A DNA stretch of 64,000 bases from a virus (Duplodnaviria; Caudoviricetes): the IMG/VR virus record IMGVR_UViG_3300025073_000989. The stretch is one strand, 5' to 3'. How positions within the stretch are numbered: position 1 is the first letter of the stretch; every line of letters begins with the position of its first letter. Made by a program: the position numbers and the translations under genes. Shown here one piece after another: positions 48,361-57,685 of this stretch. The notes beneath the pieces are model-generated. The model ran no database searches. It saw nothing but the letters and a program-made list of their open reading frames with translations, and was not told where the DNA came from.

Positions 48361-49047
48361 TTAAATATATAAATATCTAAATGATATTACTGGTTGATTA
48401 TACATTAACGGAGCAGAGGATGGTAATTCTACATATATGTTAAAGTACAGCATTTGGTTAGTAGCACTATCAGCATCTATAAGTCTTACCCTACTATCAT
48501 ATCCTGAAAGATAAGCGGAACGAGTACCTGAAGAACTAGCTGCTCCGTAAGTCACACCATTCCAACCAGCCGAGGGGGCTCCTTCTGTGCATCTTACTGC
48601 CGAAATCATGGAGTGAGAGAAATCTACAGTTCCAGAAAGTACTGGAAGGTCTGTAGTACTAAAACTATTATCGTCCCACGCCTCAAGATATAGACTTGAA
48701 CTTATAAAACCGTCTATATAAACGCCAAAAACGTACCTGTTGGTGTTTTTACCGGCATTGGGTACGTTAGTCATAATATTATCAGTTGTCGATTCTATGT
48801 ACGTTTGCGGGATAACTAGAGTACCTTCAGATGGGCGCATGGTGGCTTCTCTACTTCCGAACGAAGCAGTAGGTGTTGGTAGAAATTGATTTATACCACC
48901 ACCAGTAAATACTAAACTATCAGGATCTAACCCTGAAACAGTTGTAGTTTTTATGTACTTCCAATCCCCAACCTCTTCACCAGAACCTGAATATGGTGTA
49001 TCAGAAGACCCACTATTAAATAAAAAGTATAAATTTGGAACACTCAC
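48361..49047 (-). CDS. Putative virion protein; paralog of 46916-47881
   Basis: YLEAWDDNSFST motif; C-terminal FRYLYI; GTG start with GGAGG SD. Confidence 0.5.
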   Translation of the reverse strand: MSVPNLYFLFNSGSSDTPYSGSGEEVGDWKYIKTTTVSGLDPDSLVFTGGGINQFLPTPTASFGSREATMRPSEGTLVIPQTYIESTTDNIMTNVPNAGKNTNRYVFGVYIDGFISSSLYLEAWDDNSFSTTDLPVLSGTVDFSHSMISAVRCTEGAPSAGWNGVTYGAASSSGTRSAYLSGYDSRVRLIDADSATNQMLYFNIYVELPSSAPLMYNQPVISFRYLYI

Positions 49048-49095
49048 TATTTACCCCCTCCGCATTCTGTACATTATCTTAATTTATAAAACCTT

Positions 49096-49112
49096 CTACT
49101 ATCTGTAGGTTA
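49096..49112 (-). promoter_or_regulatory. TAACC-N7-AGTAG motif, copy C
   Basis: TAACC TACAGAT AGTAG in the 49048-49114 spacer. Confidence 0.55.
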
Positions 49113-49114
49113 GA

Positions 49115-51817
49115 TTATTGTAACCTATACACAATAGGAACTATGGTAACTATCCTTTCTTTACCTCCTATAGTAACCTCTATACTTTCAGAAACTCCGT
49201 CCCCAACACCATACACCTGAAAACTTATATTGCTTGTATTTCTAGGTAGGGCTTCTACACATCTTCCAGGACTAAAATTAGAATCATTAAACCAAGGAGC
49301 TGTACTTTCAGAACAATAAAATCTCCAAGTATCTAAAAGAGTGTTATTATATTCTGATTTGTCTCCTACTTTAACTTCTACTGAAACAATGTCTTCAAAA
49401 TCAAAACTTTTAGGCGGAGTGTATACTACATTATAATTATTAGTATTGATTTTAGTAACAGTAGGAAAAACTCTCTTGTAATTTACTTGCATCTCAAATG
49501 AATCTATGTCTATTCCTGAACCTATATCTATTATATCAAATGATATAATTGTGTCTATACCAACACTATACTCTTCTCTTGCTGGGTATATATTATTCAA
49601 TGCTGGGGCTCTAAAATCAGGAACCAGCATAAACCAATAGTCTAGTATTATCTTATTTGGTATTACAACAGTGTCATATACTTCCATTTGAACATATACA
49701 ATTCCATTATTGTGAAAATAAATACCAGACTCTGGGTACCACTGAAACTCTAAACCATTTAACCCTCCGCCAGCATCAAAAATAGTTATAGTCCCATTAG
49801 AAGTTATATCTCTCCATTCCTCTTTATCATCATAATAATACTCTTTTATTTTTATTACCAAACTATCCGGATTAAGACTAGCGGCAAAAGGTCTTAATCT
49901 GAGCCAAATATCTGTGTCTAGTGGATTTTTCTCTGACCAAAAAGAAGGCCTTGCCTCTTGTACAAAAGTAAATTGGTCTACAGTGACCGAGTCTTTATGC
50001 CCTGATGTATAATGCCTACTTATATAGGTTTGGCTTACTGGAGCTTGGCTAGTAACTACTGCTTTCTGTGTTATATTTCCCAAATTATTTACTGTCTTCT
50101 TACTAGTAATATACGTCGGTATCAGTATACTTCCTCCTGTTACCGTTCTACCAGTAGCGCTATGCAAGTAAGGAATATAAGCCTGTTTTATTATTTTACC
50201 ATCACCAGCACTTTGTGCTATACCGACGTGCCCTCCAGGAAATTTAAATTGAGTATAAGCACTAAGAAGATTATTTATAGTAGGAGTTTCTTTAATTTGT
50301 TTACAGTATAGTGTGGAAGGAAAACTAACTACTTTTTGTTTTATAAAAGAAGTACCAACCAGCCCTGAAAAATTAGCTTTGGATATTATAATTTTTTTAC
50401 ACCAAACGTACTGACTACCAGTACTTGAACTAGAGCCATCTGATCTAACTGATATAGTCACATTACCATCATAAATATATGAGGTATAAGTTATTTCGGC
50501 GCGGCCATTAATATCAGAAACCTCATGCCCATCTGTAGGAGTAAAATAAGCACCAGCATCACCTTGTTTATAAAAATTAATATTTTTATTAGAAAGAGTT
50601 ACCCCAAACTGGTCCCTTACAGTAGCTACTAAATTTACAGTATCCTGTCTGGTAACTGTCGCAGATGGAGCTATGTCTAGTGACACACTGAAACTATAAG
50701 GCAACAATGCATCCTCTTGATAATTATAATTACTCCAAGTGTATTTAGTATAAGAGTCTAAAGTATCTCCTTTTCTGGTTGTGGCTGATTGTAACCTATA
50801 GATAGTATAACCGTCAAAATCTATATCATAAACAGTTAATATGCTCTTATCATCTACATCAACTACTTGAAATATTTGTGACTTAATTATCTCGTAGTCA
50901 CTTATATCTACTGTTAACATATTTATTTTATTAACAAAAGATAATGCTGCGTAGGTGTTATTCCATTTGGCAGCTATAACATCCGTATAAACACCACCAT
51001 CATCATACCCTATTGTACTAAAATAGTTTTTAATATCCAGTTTATATATTCTCCCGCCAGTTGGTGTAAAAACTGCGGTAATGGTATTATACACCCCTAA
51101 ATTACTAAATAAATAGGCGCCCTTAAATATAGTTACAGGATCACCTTGTACGTATTCATACTTAGTAGGTATATATGAATCAGTTGTTCTTATTTCTATG
51201 GTTTTATCATCAACAACATCTTGTACATAAACATATTCTACCGCGCCAATGTTATCATTATCTGTACTAGGTCCTATCATTATAACATCATATTTTGCTA
51301 AACCACTAGTTGTAGTTATATCAACAAAACTGGTATTTTTAGATACATGCCAATCCAGTTCTATCTTTATAGTCTCTATGGCAAAAGCTTTACTATTAAA
51401 CGGTGTAGTAGAATCAAATGCCCCAGTTTTAGTATAAACTTCACTTAACTCCAGCCGAAAACTCTCCTGATTAAGTATCCATTTTCTTATAATACACTCA
51501 TCTGAATAATTATCTGGATAACCAGTTTTTCTAACCCTCTCCAGTGTATAGAAAGGAAGTCCAGTGTAGAACCCATTCTGATTGTAAGGTCCTACATACT
51601 GTATTGCTACTGGTTTATTATATGGGTAGGTACTAGAATGACTATCTACGTGAAGTGTGTCGGCTGGATAAAAATCGTATGTACGTATTAAGCTACCAGT
51701 ACTACTTTTAACTCTTAAAACAGCCTGCGTAGAAGAGGTATCTATACTACAGAAAGTTCCAGCTTGCGGTCCTATACAGAAATTTGGATAAGCTACTTGT
51801 ATGTTTTCATAAGACAT
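49115..51817 (-). CDS. Virion protein with invasin-like (Big_1) and further Ig-like domains
   Basis: LVATVRDQFG...INF...SDINGRAEITY Big_1 pattern; paralog of the next two genes. Confidence 0.55.
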   Translation of the reverse strand: MSYENIQVAYPNFCIGPQAGTFCSIDTSSTQAVLRVKSSTGSLIRTYDFYPADTLHVDSHSSTYPYNKPVAIQYVGPYNQNGFYTGLPFYTLERVRKTGYPDNYSDECIIRKWILNQESFRLELSEVYTKTGAFDSTTPFNSKAFAIETIKIELDWHVSKNTSFVDITTTSGLAKYDVIMIGPSTDNDNIGAVEYVYVQDVVDDKTIEIRTTDSYIPTKYEYVQGDPVTIFKGAYLFSNLGVYNTITAVFTPTGGRIYKLDIKNYFSTIGYDDGGVYTDVIAAKWNNTYAALSFVNKINMLTVDISDYEIIKSQIFQVVDVDDKSILTVYDIDFDGYTIYRLQSATTRKGDTLDSYTKYTWSNYNYQEDALLPYSFSVSLDIAPSATVTRQDTVNLVATVRDQFGVTLSNKNINFYKQGDAGAYFTPTDGHEVSDINGRAEITYTSYIYDGNVTISVRSDGSSSSTGSQYVWCKKIIISKANFSGLVGTSFIKQKVVSFPSTLYCKQIKETPTINNLLSAYTQFKFPGGHVGIAQSAGDGKIIKQAYIPYLHSATGRTVTGGSILIPTYITSKKTVNNLGNITQKAVVTSQAPVSQTYISRHYTSGHKDSVTVDQFTFVQEARPSFWSEKNPLDTDIWLRLRPFAASLNPDSLVIKIKEYYYDDKEEWRDITSNGTITIFDAGGGLNGLEFQWYPESGIYFHNNGIVYVQMEVYDTVVIPNKIILDYWFMLVPDFRAPALNNIYPAREEYSVGIDTIISFDIIDIGSGIDIDSFEMQVNYKRVFPTVTKINTNNYNVVYTPPKSFDFEDIVSVEVKVGDKSEYNNTLLDTWRFYCSESTAPWFNDSNFSPGRCVEALPRNTSNISFQVYGVGDGVSESIEVTIGGKERIVTIVPIVYRLQ

Positions 51818-51826
51818 AGTATACCT

Positions 51827-53056
51827 TTAGTAGTACTGAGTAGCAGTAACTTCTATAGTAACGTGTTTAGGAGCAACTCCGGCCCTATAATTATTTGTAG
51901 CAACACCGTCCAACCAGGTATATACTTTACTTTGCGTCATATATCCTACATCATCGTTGTCTGTACAAGAAACTGCAGCATAATATAAAGGAATAGCATA
52001 CTGGTCATTTACTATGGTCCTAACCTCTGCGATATTAAAACCGTTTGCTGGAAGTATTGCTGGTGTAATATCAGCAGTAACAGAGTCTATATAATTTCTT
52101 ATAGGAGAAACTTGATAATTATATGTTGTCCAGCTATTGTCAGTTCCAAAATACATTGCTTCTATTTGTAATCTGAACAGGCTATTTCCAATCACAACCA
52201 TATCATATACCTGTATAATAGTGGAATTATTTACCCTTATATTATCTATGGTCATAGAAGTATCTACTGAAACAGAATTTGGATTCAAAAATTTCAACGT
52301 ATTAGTTTTTATGTAAAGTATGGAAAAGAAAGTTCCTAGTTGTGTATTAGATACCTCGCTAAAAGTACTAGCTACAATATTATCATACTCGCTGTCTTTA
52401 ATAATAGATAATAACTCACCATTAGGTATTTTATACTTTAATAAAGTTCCAGTACCATCAGATGGACTAAAGTAATTATTAAATATCCACATATTTCTAT
52501 GTATAATTATTTGATCGCCGGCAGAATATTCATATTCAGTAAAAGTATTAAACCCTACAGATGAGTCAGACAATGTGCCAGTAACGGTCATCTCCTCAAA
52601 GTAACCATTGTAGTTTGGTCCCAAAGTAATTACATCTCCTGGTTCTATCTTATCAACATAAGAAATTAAATCCACATATGTAGCATTTCCAGAAGAAGTG
52701 GTAGCAAAAGTAGTATTATAATGCTCTATGACAAAAGTATTTGAATCATATCTATAGTATGAATCATTATTAAAAGTATAAGTTTTTAAAAGATTACATA
52801 GACTGTTTTGTATAATCCATTTCTTTATTTCTATATTCCAAGTACTAGATGTCCTTTGTAGCGTCCAAAAAAACAAACCATCATACTCTAGACTTACTAC
52901 TTCTACTCCCAAAGTCACAGTTATTGGGTATGTAAATACTATATCTCCTTTGCTGGTTCTTTGTTCTAAAACATTAGAAGATTCATTAAACACATAAAAA
53001 TACTTACCATCACTTGTTAGATTCTTTTTTGTAGACCTAATGTTTTCATATGCCAT
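51827..53056 (-). CDS. Virion protein with C-terminal Big_1 Ig-like domain
   Basis: ILPANG...VNDQY...DGVATNNY; shares SLEYDG..FWTL and F.IEHY with neighbours. Confidence 0.55.
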   Translation of the reverse strand: MAYENIRSTKKNLTSDGKYFYVFNESSNVLEQRTSKGDIVFTYPITVTLGVEVVSLEYDGLFFWTLQRTSSTWNIEIKKWIIQNSLCNLLKTYTFNNDSYYRYDSNTFVIEHYNTTFATTSSGNATYVDLISYVDKIEPGDVITLGPNYNGYFEEMTVTGTLSDSSVGFNTFTEYEYSAGDQIIIHRNMWIFNNYFSPSDGTGTLLKYKIPNGELLSIIKDSEYDNIVASTFSEVSNTQLGTFFSILYIKTNTLKFLNPNSVSVDTSMTIDNIRVNNSTIIQVYDMVVIGNSLFRLQIEAMYFGTDNSWTTYNYQVSPIRNYIDSVTADITPAILPANGFNIAEVRTIVNDQYAIPLYYAAVSCTDNDDVGYMTQSKVYTWLDGVATNNYRAGVAPKHVTIEVTATQYY

Positions 53057-53069
53057 AGTAGTTTAACCA

Positions 53070-54269
53070 CTAAGCTTGATTAACTGTGGCAGTTATAGTT
53101 ATGCTTCCAGCAGTGGTACCAGATGTATATGACGTTTGTGCCTTTCCATCTGAATCGGTATTAACAGTTAAGTTAAGCGGATCTATATAACCATTAGCAT
53201 CACTGTCTGTAAAGGTAACTAAACGCCCTACAACAGGTTGTAAAAATTGGTCTTTAACATAAGCAACTATGTCTGCGCTGCTTACCCCATTAGCAGTTAA
53301 TATCGCAGGATAGGCCGCTAAAGAAATAGAGGACACCAGTGGATTAATGGTAGATAATACGTAGTCAGCACTTTGTAATCTATATATATTTTGATCAACC
53401 ATAGCCATATCAGAAACAGTTGGTGCTGACCCTGTAGTTTCCATAGTCATAGACCCATAATAATCTAAAGACGAGCCGACGGTATCTATATTTATAAATA
53501 GTATATTGTATGATTTAGCAAAACACAGAGTATTTACAGGACCGTAAGTGGCAAAAGAATCAACATTATAAAAAGTAGCTGCATTTATATCTTTATATGC
53601 TCCACCAGTATACCTAGTTAAATATGACCCCACGTAAGCATTAAACTTATATAAAGCCCCAGTAGTACTTAAAAGGCCATCATAGTTATTAAACATCCAA
53701 ATGTTATTGTAAAATTGAGCTAAATCCCCCTCCTCAAAATCATAAGATGTAGGGTCTTCTAGTACTACATAGCCGTCCCCAGAATCAAATACTTGTATTG
53801 TTTCAGAGTAGCCATCTGTGTTTGGGCCTAAAGTAATAGTCATACCGCTAAGTATTTTATTCTGATAGCCCGCACCTATTCCTATATTTGTAGCTCCTGC
53901 AGTGTAAGTTCCAGTAACAGTGGTATGGTAGTGCTCAACAGAAAAAGCACTAGAATCATAATAATGATTAGCGTCTTGTAAAAACTCAAAAGTATCTTGT
54001 AATTTACAAACATAATTATCTATGCGCCATCTACGTATTCTCATACTAGCAGTACCTTTCTCTGTAGTTAAATCCTCTAACGACCAAAAATTTACCCCAT
54101 CATGCTCTAAGCTAATTATAGGATTTATTAGAACAGTATCTAAAGGGTAACTAAAGGCGGTAGTACCATCGTCAGTTTTTTGTATTAAAATATCAGCCGT
54201 ATCATCTAGCATATAAAAATAGCTGTCTACAACCGTCATATTTGCTTTAGTAAAACTTATATTAGCCAT
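53070..54269 (-). CDS. Virion protein with C-terminal Big_1 Ig-like domain
   Basis: ILTANG...VKDQF..PV.G..VTF...TDSDGKAQTSY; shares SLEHDG..FWSL and FSVEHY. Confidence 0.55.
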   Translation of the reverse strand: MANISFTKANMTVVDSYFYMLDDTADILIQKTDDGTTAFSYPLDTVLINPIISLEHDGVNFWSLEDLTTEKGTASMRIRRWRIDNYVCKLQDTFEFLQDANHYYDSSAFSVEHYHTTVTGTYTAGATNIGIGAGYQNKILSGMTITLGPNTDGYSETIQVFDSGDGYVVLEDPTSYDFEEGDLAQFYNNIWMFNNYDGLLSTTGALYKFNAYVGSYLTRYTGGAYKDINAATFYNVDSFATYGPVNTLCFAKSYNILFINIDTVGSSLDYYGSMTMETTGSAPTVSDMAMVDQNIYRLQSADYVLSTINPLVSSISLAAYPAILTANGVSSADIVAYVKDQFLQPVVGRLVTFTDSDANGYIDPLNLTVNTDSDGKAQTSYTSGTTAGSITITATVNQA

Positions 54270-54284
54270 TATTACTCCTAAACT

Positions 54285-54797
54285 TTAATTATATCTTTTA
54301 TGTACTCTTATTTGTGGGTACCAAGAAAGTTTGTACTCATAAGGATCACCTTCAATTGACACTTCGTTTGTTATATCAAAATCCTGAATACTGTTATTTA
54401 GTGTAACCTTAATATTAGATAAATCTAAACCTGAGGACGGAACATCATCTTTAATGGTTATAGCTACATTAGTATTTATATCAACTTCACTTCCATCCTG
54501 TGGAGAAAAACTGTATACGTATGGGGATGATCTATCCTCCTCTAATGCCTCCCAGTCTATCTGATCACACAATTGACCTATTATCACCTCAACTTCTTTG
54601 TTTAGGTTTTCCAAAGTAGTAAGATTTACATACTTAGGAAGTATAACTGAACCGTCAGTCCCAATATGACTAGTGCCTACTTCTAAAAGCCACATATGAT
54701 CTCCATTAGAGGTAGTAAGCACCAAGGACTTTACTGTTGTATTAAACATAACTACTTTTTTAGAATTTAGTGTATTTTTTACATGAATCCTTGCCAT
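54285..54797 (-). CDS. Small virion protein with an Ig-like domain
   Basis: SPYVYSFSP..G..V.I...I.D...SGLDLSNI.V pattern, also in 49115-51817. Confidence 0.5.
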   Translation of the reverse strand: MARIHVKNTLNSKKVVMFNTTVKSLVLTTSNGDHMWLLEVGTSHIGTDGSVILPKYVNLTTLENLNKEVEVIIGQLCDQIDWEALEEDRSSPYVYSFSPQDGSEVDINTNVAITIKDDVPSSGLDLSNIKVTLNNSIQDFDITNEVSIEGDPYEYKLSWYPQIRVHKRYN

Positions 54798-55360
54798 TAC
54801 GATCCCCTAATAAAACTCTTAAATGCAATTAATCCTTTTTGTTCGTCATAAACAGAAACTAATTTATCACTTAAACCTTTATCTATATTTATAATAATCA
54901 CCGTTGGTCCTGATTTCATTGTTCTAAAAAAATTAATTATGTTTTGCTTGTCAAAATTACTTTTGAAGTGACTACTCAAATTATAAAAAGTAAAACCTAT
55001 ATTAAAGAAAATTGTAGCTGCTGATTTATTACTAAATAATGTTGGCTGAAAACCAGTAGATTGATGAAACCCACTATTAAACACAACACAAAATAAATTT
55101 TTATTTTTACTTGTTGCAGCTTGTAAAAAAATCGACAAATCCCCAGATATTGAATCATCAGTACAACATACAAAAACTCTACTTTTTGTGCACATAGACA
55201 ACCCTATAGCTAGCGATAGTCCCTCAACAGTATCAAGATACAAAAAAGAAGATTTGTTGAATTTAATAGTTTGGCTGCATAGGTCTTTGCCATAAAAAAT
55301 AACAATGTCTTCCTTATCTAAACAATCTAGGAATAACTCTACTGATTTAGATAGTCTCAT
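54797..55360 (-). CDS. ThDP-binding (PP) subunit of a sulfopyruvate/phosphonopyruvate decarboxylase-like pair, degenerate (start revised to the ATGA overlap at 55360)
   Basis: LSLAIGLS...RVFV...TDDS...NLFCVVFNSG..QSTGFQPT resembles ComE; the GDG motif reads TDD. Confidence 0.7.
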   Translation of the reverse strand: MRLSKSVELFLDCLDKEDIVIFYGKDLCSQTIKFNKSSFLYLDTVEGLSLAIGLSMCTKSRVFVCCTDDSISGDLSIFLQAATSKNKNLFCVVFNSGFHQSTGFQPTLFSNKSAATIFFNIGFTFYNLSSHFKSNFDKQNIINFFRTMKSGPTVIIINIDKGLSDKLVSVYDEQKGLIAFKSFIRGS

Positions 55361-55803
55361 GTCAAAAACCAATTATCTATAAATAAAACTGTAGTAAGTG
55401 TATTTTCTAAACCTTCGGCTATTATCGACATAGTATTTTTATAATCCTCATTAAGTTCAAATACAGTTATTCCCAAATCCTTACATTTTTTATAAATAGT
55501 CTCCTCAACGCCAAATAGTATTATTAAAACCGGCTGTTTATATTTTATATTAAATCTTGTTAAGTATGGGATTATATCAATAAACAGAGCACTGTCCAAC
55601 AAAATGGCACCATTTACTCCCCCTAAGCAGGCCCCAGTAACCATACCAACTGCAGCTTCTGGTGTAGTTGCAGGAACATAATGCATAAAGTCGGGGCGCA
55701 TTTTACTATAAAGAACTTTACTACCAACACATGGTATTCCTGAAAAAAACCTATAGTCCAATACTTTACAAAGGTAATCCAAAAAACCTTTAGCTTTTAT
55801 CAT
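55357..55803 (-). CDS. Pyrimidine-binding (PYR) subunit of a sulfopyruvate/phosphonopyruvate decarboxylase-like pair, degenerate
   Basis: FFSGIPC...YVPATTPEAAVGMVTGACLGG..GAILL...N.KYKQPVLII resembles ComD. Confidence 0.7.
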   Translation of the reverse strand: MIKAKGFLDYLCKVLDYRFFSGIPCVGSKVLYSKMRPDFMHYVPATTPEAAVGMVTGACLGGVNGAILLDSALFIDIIPYLTRFNIKYKQPVLIILFGVEETIYKKCKDLGITVFELNEDYKNTMSIIAEGLENTLTTVLFIDNWFLT

Positions 55804-55818
55804 AAATTACTATAGCCA

Positions 55819-56796
55819 TTAACTGCTGTAGTCTATAGAATTAATTACATTCTTTAGCCCATATCTAATTATCATATCAATATCATTAAACCATGGGGTT
55901 GGTACAACCTCAGGATCTTGCTCCCTTAAAATTTGAACCATTGCAGAATTATCTGTAGAATAACTGTTAGCTATACCAGTATAACCATTAGTACCACTTA
56001 CTGCTACCGTAATATCGTTATTAGTTACATCCAAAGCTGTAAAGTAGTCTTTTTGTCCTAGACTATCTTTAATCATTAAACAATCACCAGCCTGAACACC
56101 AGTACCAGCGGCTATACTTAACGTAGCTGTATCTGCGGTATAGCTAGAAGTAATTAAAGCCTCGGCTATGGCCGTACCAGCTAGAGTTTCGCTGTCTACT
56201 GGTAAATCAAAACCTAGAATAACAGATGCGTCATTAGTACTTCCAGCAGCAACTTTTACAGAAGACCTGTATGGTCCAGTGTAATATCTGCCTATAGTAC
56301 CTGAAACTATCCAGAGTTTTCCATTTTTATATTCAACAGATGCGTTTTTATAAGCTAACTGGTACCCTAAGTCCGCAGTAACACAAGTTAGAGCCCTAAT
56401 CTTTTCTTCCATATCTGATGCTACATCTTCTCCAGTCCTTGATGTACCTCCCTCATTATAGGCCAGTACTATTTCGTAGTAACCATTACCGTCCGAACCG
56501 CTAACAGTTGCATCTAAACTTATATTTAGTCTATTATGTGTAGCATCCAAAGCAAACTTTCCAGCTGTTCCAGCAAACCCTGAACTTTTACACCACCCAG
56601 CATCAAATTCAGTTATATAAACTTTCTGTATAGCTGTCCTATTGACATTGTCACTATAAGCAGAGGTACTTATTGTGATAACAAACTGCTCATCGCCCTC
56701 ATAATTTACAGGAACAATTTTCTCCTGATCCACCGTTACCCTCTTTATTGTACCAGGGTATAAATCCACATTTTGGGTATCGACATTAAGCGCCAT
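55819..56796 (-). CDS. Putative virion structural protein
   Basis: 325 aa; carries the shared sheath-insertion-like domain (L.ISLD...DVA..M..KI...IVSGT...ILGF). Confidence 0.55.
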   Translation of the reverse strand: MALNVDTQNVDLYPGTIKRVTVDQEKIVPVNYEGDEQFVITISTSAYSDNVNRTAIQKVYITEFDAGWCKSSGFAGTAGKFALDATHNRLNISLDATVSGSDGNGYYEIVLAYNEGGTSRTGEDVASDMEEKIRALTCVTADLGYQLAYKNASVEYKNGKLWIVSGTIGRYYTGPYRSSVKVAAGSTNDASVILGFDLPVDSETLAGTAIAEALITSSYTADTATLSIAAGTGVQAGDCLMIKDSLGQKDYFTALDVTNNDITVAVSGTNGYTGIANSYSTDNSAMVQILREQDPEVVPTPWFNDIDMIIRYGLKNVINSIDYSS

Positions 56797-56827
56797 GCTA
56801 TTTTTCTCCTTTTAGTTGTATTAAGTC

Positions 56828-57235
56828 TTATCTATAAAAATATCTTTGTCCTACACTTACACTTGTATAATATTCACAGTTGTCATCTACACAGGTCCAG
56901 CCATATACAGATCCAAAGTTTTCCCTTATCATTATTCCTCCAGTATCAACGTGGTCAGATAAGGACCCTGAAACGCTAACATTCATCTTAAAATAGTCAG
57001 GATCACCAATAGTAGTATTTCTTATCATATGTATGTCTGCCTGTGTACTATATGGGCACTTTATATGATACACCCTAAAGTCACTAAGTTTAACGTCTGG
57101 GTATGTAATATTTTCTATATTAACTTCACATACACTCTGTCCAACTTTAAATTGTGGAAGATTACCGCTAGTAGTGGTACCTACCCTATTCTCCCAACTA
57201 ACATTGCATTTTTCTACTGGACTCCTAGGCATCAT
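56828..57235 (-). CDS. Hypothetical protein
   Basis: 135 aa, ATGA overlap with the upstream gene. Confidence 0.55.
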   Translation of the reverse strand: MMPRSPVEKCNVSWENRVGTTTSGNLPQFKVGQSVCEVNIENITYPDVKLSDFRVYHIKCPYSTQADIHMIRNTTIGDPDYFKMNVSVSGSLSDHVDTGGIMIRENFGSVYGWTCVDDNCEYYTSVSVGQRYFYR

Positions 57236-57660
57236 TTACCCCTAAAGTTATACAATACGCCGTCATCTTTAATTAAATATGCTACATAATTAAAGTTAAA
57301 CTGATGCTTTTCATCTTCGTGGTTCTTAGTATCTATAACTATATAGTCATTGCCATTTAACTTAGGTACACTATTTATGTTCTTGTTTTTAAGAACTACA
57401 TTATCCAGGTATATCTTACCATCGTTATACCTTACTCCTACCCAGCTAAGTTTAGCTATATAGTAACTAGAAACAAATACTATATACTGACTACTAAAAT
57501 CTAAATTAATATAGTCTATTTCATTTAATTTATCAACGTTTGATATAACTGGGCCAGATAGATAACAACCTTCTAGTTTAGCTAAACCATCTTGCTCATA
57601 TATTACTTTTTCCCAATGAACCTCTAACTTATATCTCTCTGAAATAAAAAATTCCTTCAC
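57232..57660 (-). CDS. Hypothetical protein
   Basis: 142 aa, GTG start with GGGGG SD. Confidence 0.55.
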   Translation of the reverse strand: MKEFFISERYKLEVHWEKVIYEQDGLAKLEGCYLSGPVISNVDKLNEIDYINLDFSSQYIVFVSSYYIAKLSWVGVRYNDGKIYLDNVVLKNKNINSVPKLNGNDYIVIDTKNHEDEKHQFNFNYVAYLIKDDGVLYNFRGK

Positions 57661-57685
57661 CTGTAATCCCCCATAATTCTTAAAA

